Virus record (IMG/VR): IMGVR_UViG_3300030503_000155
Origin: a virus
Strand: one strand, 5' to 3'
Length of the DNA: 33,813 nt
Each line of letters begins with the position of its first letter. The first letter of the stretch is position 1. The position numbers and the translations under genes were made by a program. Below are positions 8,807 to 15,716 of this stretch, piece after piece. Below the pieces are notes generated by a model. The model saw only the letters and a list, made by a program, of their open reading frames with translations, ran no database searches and was not told where the DNA came from.

Positions 8807-9322
8807 CTATACATTTTTTTTTATAAAATGCACGCATGTTGCAAAGCAAAAAGTGGCAAATGCTAAGAACGCAAACCAGAATAGCAGCCCATGCTCATTG
8901 TGTTCTTCGGGAGTTGCTTGTTGTGCGTATTGTACTGATTGTGCAGGCAAATCCTGGGGTTGTTGCTGTGCTTGCTGAGGTTGGCCATTTACATAAACCA
9001 CTTGAGGTGATGCAGCAGGAGCTTGATTGTGATTAGCCATTGCTCCTCCTACCATGTAACCAGCCATACCAGCTACTAACGGATGAATACCACCACTTCC
9101 ACCACCTGATGATGTGTGAACAGTATTAGTATGGTACTCACGCACAACCGTTCTAGGAGCCGAATAACTTGGTGCTGAATAAGATCTCGATGGTGCGCTA
9201 TAACTTCTGCCTGATGAATAACTAGAGCTTCTAAACCCTCCGCTTGATCCACCTCGTCCAAATCCAGCATAACAATTCGATGCGATTATCAATAATAATA
9301 AAATACTACAAAGTAATTTCAT
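8807..9322 (-). CDS. Secreted/membrane low-complexity protein (signal peptide, glycine zipper, C-terminal TM)
   Basis: 171 aa. N-terminal signal MKLLCSILLLLIIASNCYA, G/S-rich SYSAP repeats, glycine zipper LVAGMAGYMVGGAMA, a Q-rich linker, and a C-terminal hydrophobic helix LLFWFAFLAFATFCFATCVHFI. Confidence 0.7.
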   Translation of the reverse strand: MKLLCSILLLLIIASNCYAGFGRGGSSGGFRSSSYSSGRSYSAPSRSYSAPSYSAPRTVVREYHTNTVHTSSGGGSGGIHPLVAGMAGYMVGGAMANHNQAPAASPQVVYVNGQPQQAQQQPQDLPAQSVQYAQQATPEEHNEHGLLFWFAFLAFATFCFATCVHFIKKNV

Positions 9323-9620
9323 AATGTTCTTCCATGATTTTAATTATCTTATTCAATACATCGCTGCATTTTGCAGCATATGCGATCTTATGAAGATTGC
9401 CTTCATAATAAAATCTCGCTGACCAGATTGATTGAATTCTATAACATTCTATCGATTCTAAAACTGTTAATTCTAACTCGTCTCTTAAATCTGATAACTC
9501 TTCATTTATTGAGAGATTGCCACTTTCAAAATCATTGTGTTCTAAATAAAATATAATCGAATTATCTTCAATAAACTTTGCCAACTTTATATGTAAACCT
9601 AGCATCTCATACCTGCTCAT
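9306..9620 (-). CDS. Hypothetical protein (104 aa)
   Basis: ATG ORF in operon register. No family recognised. Confidence 0.55.
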   Translation of the reverse strand: MSRYEMLGLHIKLAKFIEDNSIIFYLEHNDFESGNLSINEELSDLRDELELTVLESIECYRIQSIWSARFYYEGNLHKIAYAAKCSDVLNKIIKIMEEHYEITL

Positions 9621-9780
9621 AATTATAATATGGATCCTGTGACATATACTTGAATTCAGGATTTAATACCCACTTCTTGAACTTCCTAGACTCCAACCCT
9701 TCGGTATATGCGCAATCCAGATACTTCCAGGTAGTGATATCATCGTGAATGTATTTCCAATATGCATGTAATTTTTTCAT
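9607..9780 (-). CDS. Hypothetical protein (57 aa)
   Basis: Hand-called: MKKLHAYWKYIHDDITTWKYLDCAYTEGLESRKFKKWVLNPEFKYMSQDPYYNYEQV. ATGA overlap with the upstream stop and a 14-nt overlap with the next gene. Confidence 0.45.
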   Translation of the reverse strand: MKKLHAYWKYIHDDITTWKYLDCAYTEGLESRKFKKWVLNPEFKYMSQDPYYNYEQV

Positions 9781-9965
9781 TTTATCCCTGGCGATAATTC
9801 TAATATCTCAACTCTCTGCTCGATCTTATATAGCATCTCTGTCAACAACTGTATTTGCTGAATGATAGGCGATACATCATCAACTCGATCGCATAGTACA
9901 CAGCCGAATTTTGTAATGAAGCCATGTTCGCATATTCCTGATTCTGGTGGGTAGCAGCCGCTCAT
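9777..9965 (-). CDS. Small Cys/His zinc-finger-like protein (62 aa from internal ATG)
   Basis: The track ORF is 9777..10010. I prefer the ATG at 9965 (AAGGA RBS, no overlap with the upstream gene): MSGCYPPESGICEHGFITKFGCVLCDR... Confidence 0.5.
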   Translation of the reverse strand: MSGCYPPESGICEHGFITKFGCVLCDRVDDVSPIIQQIQLLTEMLYKIEQRVEILELSPGIK

Positions 9966-9972
9966 ATAATCC

Positions 9973-10197
9973 TTATACCTCAGCCAAACAACGGTTGACT
10001 TGAATCTCAATTGCCTTGATCAACATCGCGTATGATTCTTCGCTTTCATCAAACTTTATATTAATCTTGCCAACAGTATTTACTATATCTTCTTCATGTA
10101 ATGACGGGTTGATATATGCAATATCTGTTTTGTATAAATCTACTACCAAATAATATGGCGCATATGTATTACGTGACATTGTGATCTTTATTTGCAT
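9973..10197 (-). CDS. Hypothetical protein (74 aa)
   Basis: ATG start sharing TAATG with the upstream stop. No family recognised. Confidence 0.55.
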   Translation of the reverse strand: MQIKITMSRNTYAPYYLVVDLYKTDIAYINPSLHEEDIVNTVGKINIKFDESEESYAMLIKAIEIQVNRCLAEV

Positions 10198-10340
10198 TAC
10201 TTTTGTTGCACCCTATAAAATAACATTTCATTCATTAATTCAGATGCCTTCTTGTCCAATCCGGGAATGGATGCCTTTTCCCGGTTGTTCTGAATGCCTG
10301 GCGTGAGTTCTTTGATCTTTGTGTGCTCGACATTGTCCAT
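10197..10340 (-). CDS. Hypothetical protein (47 aa)
   Basis: Hand-called: MDNVEHTKIKELTPGIQNNREKASIPGLDKKASELMNEMLFYRVQQK. GGTGG RBS 5 nt upstream, TAATG overlap downstream. Confidence 0.45.
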   Translation of the reverse strand: MDNVEHTKIKELTPGIQNNREKASIPGLDKKASELMNEMLFYRVQQK

Positions 10341-10350
10341 ATCATCCACC

Positions 10351-10593
10351 CTATACCAATAGAACTAATGTAATCACACCAGCCGAAATGCTAGGCGTAT
10401 ATATATGATTGCCATCTGATGCTGCTACAAAGATAAAGTCAGTTGTTAGGATTGAAAAGCTTTGGCTTAACACAAATGGATTAAGATATCCTGCGGTTGC
10501 AACTGCGGCATTAGTATCGGTTGTGTGAAGATGACCAAAACGTGGGTTTAATTGTTGTCCTGTAAAATCTATTCTGAACTCTTTGATTGACAT
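10351..10593 (-). CDS. Hypothetical protein (80 aa)
   Basis: First ORF after terL, in operon register. No family recognised. Confidence 0.55.
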   Translation of the reverse strand: MSIKEFRIDFTGQQLNPRFGHLHTTDTNAAVATAGYLNPFVLSQSFSILTTDFIFVAASDGNHIYTPSISAGVITLVLLV

Positions 10594-10616
10594 TGTGGTG
10601 CTCCGTTTAATTTAAA

Positions 10617-12173
10617 TTAATTCTGCCATCTCATGACTAAATTTGTCATATCAACCTCAACTCGTGGCGCCTTATCAGCCAATATCCGATCAGCCGCAAA
10701 TTCCATCAATATATATTGCTCTGCATCTGATATATGCGATGCAAAGTTCTTGTGTGGGACTTCCTTATAACGCTCTTCACCAGACACACTAATACGTTTA
10801 TAAATATAATCCTTTTGCTTGGCCTTACGCAATATCGGACAGCCTTCACGAGATAATATATATGCGGGTTGACCATCCGTCATTTGGTTCAAGAAGTAAC
10901 GCACAGCCCCTATTCGTGGCTCGAGATCATTAGTTCTCCCAGGGTGAGTAGTAATGCCGAGAGAGCAAAGCTCGCCGATGCAAGATAACTCTTCCATAAT
11001 ATCATCCCCAGCAACGCCACTAGGATCACCACGAGAAATCCCAATCTTATTGTACGGAAAGTCAATGGAAAGGGCAGGCAAAACAACATTCTTTGCAAAC
11101 GTTCTAATCCCCATATCTTCACTGGTATATTCCTTTAGTATCCTAATTTGACCACGCGGCGATATCTGCATAACAATACACGCTGGTGTCAATCCAAAGT
11201 CCCATCCTAAATGTATCGGATCGCCTTGTATCGCATGTATCTTGTCTACGCTGTGGATATCATCATTATATTCGGGATAGACTTTTTTACCAAAACCCAC
11301 TGACCCATAGTCTCCAAGACAATACACCTTGGTGAATGCCTCGGTCTGTCCAGTAGCAAGCTTAGTGTAATAATCATGAGCAATGTTATTATAATTGTCA
11401 CAGCGAGGATTTTGATACCATTTACCATTTTCATCTTTCAATAGTCCTGGCGGTTGCTTATATAATCTATACCCTTCAACAGGCTTTTCATCAAATTGCT
11501 TAAAAATCCAATGATCCACATCAGGATAATTGCTATCGGCAATAATGCCGCTCCAATAAGTGCTAGGACAAAAGTTTCGACTAGGATAACGATAATTAAC
11601 ACGACCTTTAAGATGCGAGAGTACACCTTGTGGCACTTCTGATAATTCATTGATGTATGCACCTGTTGCTTCTAATGATTTCAGTTTACGTAGATCATCT
11701 TCACGATCCAATGCAATATAGATTAACTCTAATACGACAATGCCTTCGCCATCATTGAATGTGTGCTCGTATGTCAATAATGGCTTTTGTCGCTTCTTGA
11801 TATCACCCAGCTCACCAAACCACGCTAACCAGGTTTGTAATGTCGTGCTATATAACTCACCTGAAGTATTACGTATTACTAACCATCTGGATCTTCTTTG
11901 CCCGTGAGACCAATTAGGCATACTACATGCTCGTCTAACGATTTCATTAATGCACAATGTTGATTTTCCTGATCCATAAGGCCCCATAACGAGACGCACA
12001 AAATCGCTACCATTATGAAAGTCATTACCAGTAAAAGTGGGAATATATAATTTGTTTTGATCTGATCCATATATGATTGTCTCTTCGCTATTTTTGAAAT
12101 TGATATGTGTAATAGTTTGCTGACGCATCTGTTTCTCAAGTGCTTCTATTCGTAGCTTTGCAGCACTAAGCAT
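10617..12173 (-). CDS. terL: Terminase large subunit
   Basis: 518 aa. Walker A GPYGSGKST, Walker B-like GAYINELSE, and C-terminal RNase-H-like nuclease motifs (HLGWDFGLTPACIV, SRGDPSG). Confidence 0.92.
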   Translation of the reverse strand: MLSAAKLRIEALEKQMRQQTITHINFKNSEETIIYGSDQNKLYIPTFTGNDFHNGSDFVRLVMGPYGSGKSTLCINEIVRRACSMPNWSHGQRRSRWLVIRNTSGELYSTTLQTWLAWFGELGDIKKRQKPLLTYEHTFNDGEGIVVLELIYIALDREDDLRKLKSLEATGAYINELSEVPQGVLSHLKGRVNYRYPSRNFCPSTYWSGIIADSNYPDVDHWIFKQFDEKPVEGYRLYKQPPGLLKDENGKWYQNPRCDNYNNIAHDYYTKLATGQTEAFTKVYCLGDYGSVGFGKKVYPEYNDDIHSVDKIHAIQGDPIHLGWDFGLTPACIVMQISPRGQIRILKEYTSEDMGIRTFAKNVVLPALSIDFPYNKIGISRGDPSGVAGDDIMEELSCIGELCSLGITTHPGRTNDLEPRIGAVRYFLNQMTDGQPAYILSREGCPILRKAKQKDYIYKRISVSGEERYKEVPHKNFASHISDAEQYILMEFAADRILADKAPRVEVDMTNLVMRWQN

Positions 12174-12324
12174 GTTTAGATTCTTTAGGTGGTTTTAGTT
12201 GTTCAAGTGTCGTGAACCGACTGTTGCAATCTTCGCATTCTCTTCGGCGTCTAACTGATCCGTCACGCGTAGGATCAGTATCTAATACCTTGGTGGTAGG
12301 ATAGCTACAGAATATGCATTCCAA
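12166..12324 (-). CDS. NrdR-type zinc-ribbon protein lacking the ATP-cone (52 aa, TTG start)
   Basis: Hand-called: (M)ECIFCSYPTTKVLDTDPTRDGSVRRRRECEDCNSRFTTLEQLKPPKESKHA. It matches the NrdR N-terminus [30 protein letters not shown]. The stop overlaps the terL ATG by 8 nt. Confidence 0.55.
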   Translation of the reverse strand: MECIFCSYPTTKVLDTDPTRDGSVRRRRECEDCNSRFTTLEQLKPPKESKHA

Positions 12325-12325
12325 A

Positions 12326-12517
12326 TTATTTGCTCTCTAATACTGCACTCATAATACGGGAGCCATTGGTGACCTTAGCCGCGCTATTGGTTTGACCGTG
12401 ACGCACTGGGCTAATAGGTGAGTATTCAAATTTCTGTGGGTATGATGGATCTAATAGACCATTCGCCATTTCCATCCCAGGCGTCATGCGCATATCCATA
12501 TCTCTTAAGTTTCTCAT
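12326..12517 (-). CDS. Hypothetical protein (63 aa)
   Basis: ATG ORF with a 4-nt overlap with the upstream gene. No family recognised. Confidence 0.5.
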   Translation of the reverse strand: MRNLRDMDMRMTPGMEMANGLLDPSYPQKFEYSPISPVRHGQTNSAAKVTNGSRIMSAVLESK

Positions 12518-12756
12518 CGTCTTATCCCTCGTAGAGTTCTGCTAGCTGTGACTGTCTTGCCTAGTTTTTTGTCGGCCTTGGCATCTATCTTTGCTTCGCT
12601 ACTTTTAGATAACTTGCCTTTTGCTGCCATCTGCGATGCACGAGATTTGGCATTGGCTGCATGTGCTTTATCTGGCATTGGGTATTTCTTTTCACCAGGC
12701 ATGCCGAAGTCTGATTTAGGGATCTTTTTGCGTTTGGCAGTGGTGATGGTAGCCAT
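12514..12756 (-). CDS. Basic hypothetical protein (80 aa, KYPMPD..H..NA motif)
   Basis: FGMPGEKKYPMPDKAHAANAKSRASQ resembles a small conserved phage and bacterial family with the motif +YPi.d..H..nA..r. Confidence 0.6.
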   Translation of the reverse strand: MATITTAKRKKIPKSDFGMPGEKKYPMPDKAHAANAKSRASQMAAKGKLSKSSEAKIDAKADKKLGKTVTASRTLRGIRR

Positions 12757-12759
12757 ATA

Positions 12760-12891
12760 TCATCCAGTAAATTCTTCAATTAAACCCACAAAAGATCTTT
12801 TATAACTATAAGCATATGCTATATGGCATTGTTCACACATATTAGCTGCGGGGTGTCTTTTGCTGCATTCTTCGCATAGCTTAAAATCCAT
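12760..12891 (-). CDS. Small 4-Cys zinc-finger-like protein (43 aa)
   Basis: Hand-called: MDFKLCEECSKRHPAANMCEQCHIAYAYSYKRSFVGLIEEFTG. TAATG overlap with the upstream ORF. Confidence 0.45.
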   Translation of the reverse strand: MDFKLCEECSKRHPAANMCEQCHIAYAYSYKRSFVGLIEEFTG

Positions 12892-12989
12892 TACTTCTTC
12901 CCTTTCTTTGCTTTGCGCTGTATTGATAAGGCGATTGCAACCGCTTGCTTAGGCTTGCGTCCCGCTTTTTCTTCGGCTTTGATATTCAT
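12891..12989 (-). CDS. Tiny basic protein (32 aa)
   Basis: Hand-called: MNIKAEEKAGRKPKQAVAIALSIQRKAKKGKK. An AAGG lies 8 nt upstream. The KQAVAIALS motif recurs in small phage proteins. Confidence 0.4.
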   Translation of the reverse strand: MNIKAEEKAGRKPKQAVAIALSIQRKAKKGKK

Positions 12990-13002
12990 ACCAACGGCCT
13001 TT

Positions 13003-13431
13003 TTACTCGATGACTTTTTCAATGGCATCACGATGCTCCTTGTCTAAATTCATTTTGTCTAATTTGTCGAGCAACTCACATGCCAATGCATTGTTTCCAA
13101 AGTCACGAGGATATGCACGCTCTAATGTCCATTGTGCGCCACGATGCCCATCTTCTGAATGACGTGCTAATTGTCTGCATTCTTGGACTTCATCTTGATT
13201 AACTTTCGCGAGAGACTCAACGAGATAGGCACATAGGGTTTCACTGCGAGTTTCTAAATCAAATTTACCTTGCTGCAACCAAATATAAAATATTGATTCA
13301 GTAATGCCATTAGCACGTGATGCAAGTCTATTAGTTGATCCAAGCTTGATGTCTTTAACAATCTTATCGATAAGCTTCTTTGATAGCTTATGAAATGGGG
13401 CAGGAATTTTGTAGGGTTTGGCGTCCATCAA
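13003..13431 (-). CDS. terS: Terminase small subunit (HTH)
   Basis: 142 aa, first gene of the late operon. It has an HTH-like segment (GSTNRLASRANGITESIFYIWLQ) and WTLERAYPRDFG, which is typical of small terminases. Confidence 0.65.
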   Translation of the reverse strand: MMDAKPYKIPAPFHKLSKKLIDKIVKDIKLGSTNRLASRANGITESIFYIWLQQGKFDLETRSETLCAYLVESLAKVNQDEVQECRQLARHSEDGHRGAQWTLERAYPRDFGNNALACELLDKLDKMNLDKEHRDAIEKVIE

Positions 13432-13456
13432 TGCAAATCCTTTGCTAATTGCATAT

Positions 13457-13484
13457 ATTATGCACCCAATAAATTATTTTGCAA
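13457..13484 (-). promoter_or_regulatory. Candidate sigma70-type promoter for the terS/late operon
   Basis: Read on the minus strand: TTGCAA, 16 nt, CATAAT. It overlaps the palindrome TGCATAtatTATGCA (13450..13464). Confidence 0.4.
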
Positions 13485-13500
13485 ATAGTTAAATTAATAG

Positions 13501-13528
13501 TTGCATAACACTCAAATACGAGTATAAT
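13501..13528 (+). promoter_or_regulatory. Candidate sigma70-type promoter for early operon 1
   Basis: TTGCAT, 16 nt, TATAAT, about 37 nt upstream of the first plus-strand ATG (13565). Confidence 0.55.
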
Positions 13529-13564
13529 TACTTTTATCAAGTCAACAACAACGAGGAATTAAAA

Positions 13565-13726
13565 ATGATCGAAGTAACATTTCAAAAAGTAACAATCGAA
13601 TATCTAACAAACGCTGGAAACTGCAAATCAGCAACAGGGATATTAATAGGATACTGCAACGATGGGGATGTTTGGATCATGATTAACGGACGAAAGCGCA
13701 AAGGTATGCCAGTACAGTTTCACTAA
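13565..13726 (+). CDS. Hypothetical early protein (53 aa)
   Basis: Hand-called: MIEVTFQKVTIEYLTNAGNCKSATGILIGYCNDGDVWIMINGRKRKGMPVQFH, with a GAGGA RBS. Confidence 0.5.
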   Translation: MIEVTFQKVTIEYLTNAGNCKSATGILIGYCNDGDVWIMINGRKRKGMPVQFH

Positions 13727-13733
13727 ATAATCC

Positions 13734-13747
13734 GCCCCTTCGGGGGC
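13734..13747 (+). promoter_or_regulatory. GC hairpin with TTCG tetraloop between early genes
   Basis: GCCCC-TTCG-GGGGC with no clear U-tract. The CCCC arm could alternatively pair with the GGGG of the downstream RBS (13759..13762). Confidence 0.35.
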
Positions 13748-13767
13748 TTAACTAACGAGGGGACACT

Positions 13768-13941
13768 ATGACTAAAAATAAAGTTTGCTATAAATGCCAA
13801 GAAATTAAAAATATAAAATCTTTTGAATCTATCATTGGTATTAATGATGACTGTGAATCATGCAATTTATTCGATAAAAGATTGATGATTGCTTATAAAC
13901 GAGAGCTTACGAATGATTTAAAAGCTTATCCTTATTTTTAA
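13768..13941 (+). CDS. Small Cys-rich early protein (57 aa)
   Basis: Hand-called: MTKNKVCYKCQEIKNIKSFESIIGINDDCESCNLFDKRLMIAYKRELTNDLKAYPYF. Strong GAGGGGA RBS. Confidence 0.5.
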   Translation: MTKNKVCYKCQEIKNIKSFESIIGINDDCESCNLFDKRLMIAYKRELTNDLKAYPYF

Positions 13942-13959
13942 TAACTAAGAGAGAACACC

Positions 13960-14262
13960 ATGAATACTATTGATATATCAAAAATGAATAAAGCAAAAGT
14001 TTTAAAAGCTTTATATGATAACTCAAAGCAGCAAGGAATGGGATTATTACAACCTAAAAAAGAATTAACAATTGAACACGCTAAAGAATTATTAAAAGAA
14101 TATAATTATTTTGATTATTTGTATGGAACCGTTTTAAAAATCGATTTTTCTGAAAATGAATTATGTCTTAGATTATACGATAGAGATAACGGTGCAGGCG
14201 CTGGTTTAAATGCTATTAATAGTTTGAATAAACAACAACCAGATAGCGAGGGGACACTATGA
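13960..14262 (+). CDS. Conserved-looking hypothetical early protein (100 aa)
   Basis: The track ORF. The motif YFDYLYGTVLKIDFSENEL..LYDRDNGAGAG resembles a recurrent phage/plasmid family of unknown function. Confidence 0.65.
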   Translation: MNTIDISKMNKAKVLKALYDNSKQQGMGLLQPKKELTIEHAKELLKEYNYFDYLYGTVLKIDFSENELCLRLYDRDNGAGAGLNAINSLNKQQPDSEGTL

Positions 14263-14315
14263 TACAAAGATACAGCACAAGATATGCGGCATCAACTTTG
14301 AAACAAAAGAAATAA
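14259..14315 (+). CDS. Micro-ORF (18 aa) behind the duplicated strong RBS
   Basis: MIQRYSTRYAASTLKQKK. It uses the same 16-nt CGAGGGGACACTATGA initiation region as the gene at 13768, and it ends 2 nt before the next ATG. Confidence 0.3.
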   Translation: MIQRYSTRYAASTLKQKK

Positions 14316-14317
14316 CT

Positions 14318-14476
14318 ATGACTCATGAAGAATTAACTAAGATGAATTTAGGCTCTTATTATGAAGGACAGCGTAATGTTTACAAATTAGCTTCAGATTC
14401 AATCGTTACTCTAATTAGAGCTATTCAGGAAGTGACGAACAAATTTTTAGAAGAAGAATTGGAGAAACTAAAATGA
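14318..14476 (+). CDS. Hypothetical early protein (52 aa)
   Basis: Hand-called: MTHEELTKMNLGSYYEGQRNVYKLASDSIVTLIRAIQEVTNKFLEEELEKLK. ATGA overlap with the next ORF. Confidence 0.45.
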   Translation: MTHEELTKMNLGSYYEGQRNVYKLASDSIVTLIRAIQEVTNKFLEEELEKLK

Positions 14477-14649
14477 CATTTACAGTAACAGTAAAACATG
14501 AGTCAGGATTGAAAGACACAAGTACTACACTGACAAGCTCATCTAAAGATTTAGCATTAGCATTTGTTATTTATAGAGAAAAAATAGATAAGTATCCTAA
14601 TAAAAAAATTTTCTTAAGTAATGATATAGAGTACGACCATGATAAATGA
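14473..14649 (+). CDS. Hypothetical early protein (58 aa)
   Basis: Hand-called: MTFTVTVKHESGLKDTSTTLTSSSKDLALAFVIYREKIDKYPNKKIFLSNDIEYDHDK. ATGA overlaps at both ends. Confidence 0.45.
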   Translation: MTFTVTVKHESGLKDTSTTLTSSSKDLALAFVIYREKIDKYPNKKIFLSNDIEYDHDK

Positions 14650-14846
14650 AAGAGAACCAGACGACGAAGAATATGGCGATTATGTACATGAAGATGAGCA
14701 CGAATGATGAATGCCAAGATTGCGGTGGCAAAGGTTGGATTGAATGCTGCCCAGGTGGATCACCCATCATGTGGCCTGAGTTACCATGTTGTAGCGCATG
14801 CGGTGAACACTCTATCTCATATTGTGAGTTATGTAATAAGGAATAA
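14646..14846 (+). CDS. Cys-rich zinc-finger protein, paralog A
   Basis: CQDCGGKGWIECCPGGSPIMWPELPCCSACGEHSISYCELCNKE, with a DnaJ-like CxxCxGxG start. The true start may be an internal Met. Confidence 0.65.
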   Translation: MKENQTTKNMAIMYMKMSTNDECQDCGGKGWIECCPGGSPIMWPELPCCSACGEHSISYCELCNKE

Positions 14847-14847
14847 A

Positions 14848-14973
14848 ATGAAAGTCTACGTAGTAATAAACGAAAACGGCGTACATTCAGTTTTTAAACA
14901 TCAAAAAGATGCGCAAGACATGATTGACGAATGTGCCGAACATGAAATAGAAATATTTGAATTAATAGAATAA
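14848..14973 (+). CDS. Hypothetical early protein (41 aa)
   Basis: Internal ATG of track ORF 14704..14973, preceded by an AAGGA RBS: MKVYVVINENGVHSVFKHQKDAQDMIDECAEHEIEIFELIE. Confidence 0.5.
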   Translation: MKVYVVINENGVHSVFKHQKDAQDMIDECAEHEIEIFELIE

Positions 14974-14996
14974 TTATAACAACTGAGGAAAACGAG

Positions 14997-15266
14997 ATGA
15001 CATCATCAACATTCAATGCAATAACCTACGCTAACAAACTTAAACAAGCAGGCATAGAACCACGTGGAGCTGAAGCAATAGCGGAAGAACAATCTAATTT
15101 TATTAATTCAAACGTAGCTACTAAATCTGATATTGCGCTTCTTAAAAGTGACATAGCAATAATGGAAATAAGACTTCAGGCATTTATCGTGAAGTGTTTG
15201 ATTAGCACTACGGGATTAATCTGCGGACTAATTACTTTGTTACATTTTATTAAATCGAGCGTGTAG
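14997..15266 (+). CDS. DUF1640-like coiled-coil protein with C-terminal TM anchor
   Basis: FNAITYANKLKQAGIEPRGAEAIAEEQ...TKSDIALLKSDIAIMEIRL followed by a hydrophobic tail. This matches the remembered DUF1640 pattern. Confidence 0.65.
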   Translation: MTSSTFNAITYANKLKQAGIEPRGAEAIAEEQSNFINSNVATKSDIALLKSDIAIMEIRLQAFIVKCLISTTGLICGLITLLHFIKSSV

Positions 15267-15268
15267 GC

Positions 15269-15406
15269 ATGAGATACCAAGCAAAAGACATAAACGGCTG
15301 GATATACGTAGAAGATCGAATGACAAAAGAAATAGTTGAAGAAGGATTTGATGATTTAGAACATGCAAAACAATGCGCTGGGCAATTTGAAGAAATATTT
15401 TCTTGA
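15269..15406 (+). CDS. Hypothetical early protein (45 aa)
   Basis: Hand-called: MRYQAKDINGWIYVEDRMTKEIVEEGFDDLEHAKQCAGQFEEIFS. The RBS is weak. Confidence 0.4.
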   Translation: MRYQAKDINGWIYVEDRMTKEIVEEGFDDLEHAKQCAGQFEEIFS

Positions 15407-15420
15407 TGGGAGTAATAGAA

Positions 15421-15573
15421 ATGACAGAAAAAATAAAATACGTAAAACAAGATGATGAACTATATAGGCAAGGTTTTGCAAGCGGATTCGATCACGGATA
15501 TGAGGCAGGATTTCAAGATTGTAAAGAAAAATTTATAAGAATTATTAAAGAAAAGGTACTTGAAAGTGAATGA
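15421..15573 (+). CDS. Hypothetical early protein (50 aa)
   Basis: Hand-called with a GGGAG RBS: MTEKIKYVKQDDELYRQGFASGFDHGYEAGFQDCKEKFIRIIKEKVLESE. Confidence 0.5.
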   Translation: MTEKIKYVKQDDELYRQGFASGFDHGYEAGFQDCKEKFIRIIKEKVLESE

Positions 15574-15715
15574 TAAAGATTGCGAAGAATGTGACGGCCA
15601 AGGCTGGATAGAATGCTGCCCAGGCGGAACACCAAGAATGTGGCCAGAACTACCAAGCTGTAGTTCATGTGGTGAATATTCAATTTCGGAATGTGAAACT
15701 TGTACAAAGGGATAA
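15566..15715 (+). CDS. Cys-rich zinc-finger protein, paralog B (GTG start; TTG at 15560 also possible)
   Basis: Hand-called: (M)NDKDCEECDGQGWIECCPGGTPRMWPELPSCSSCGEYSISECETCTKG. It is identical to paralog A at 31 of 44 positions. Confidence 0.6.
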   Translation: MNDKDCEECDGQGWIECCPGGTPRMWPELPSCSSCGEYSISECETCTKG

Positions 15716-15716
15716 A

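Noticed and set aside
10910-12139. Several 62-86 aa ORFs nested in terL (plus 5372..5614 in the scaffold gene and 6229..7477 in the portal gene)
   Set aside because: They are alternate frames or the antisense of genes with clear family motifs, and they lack independent initiation signals.
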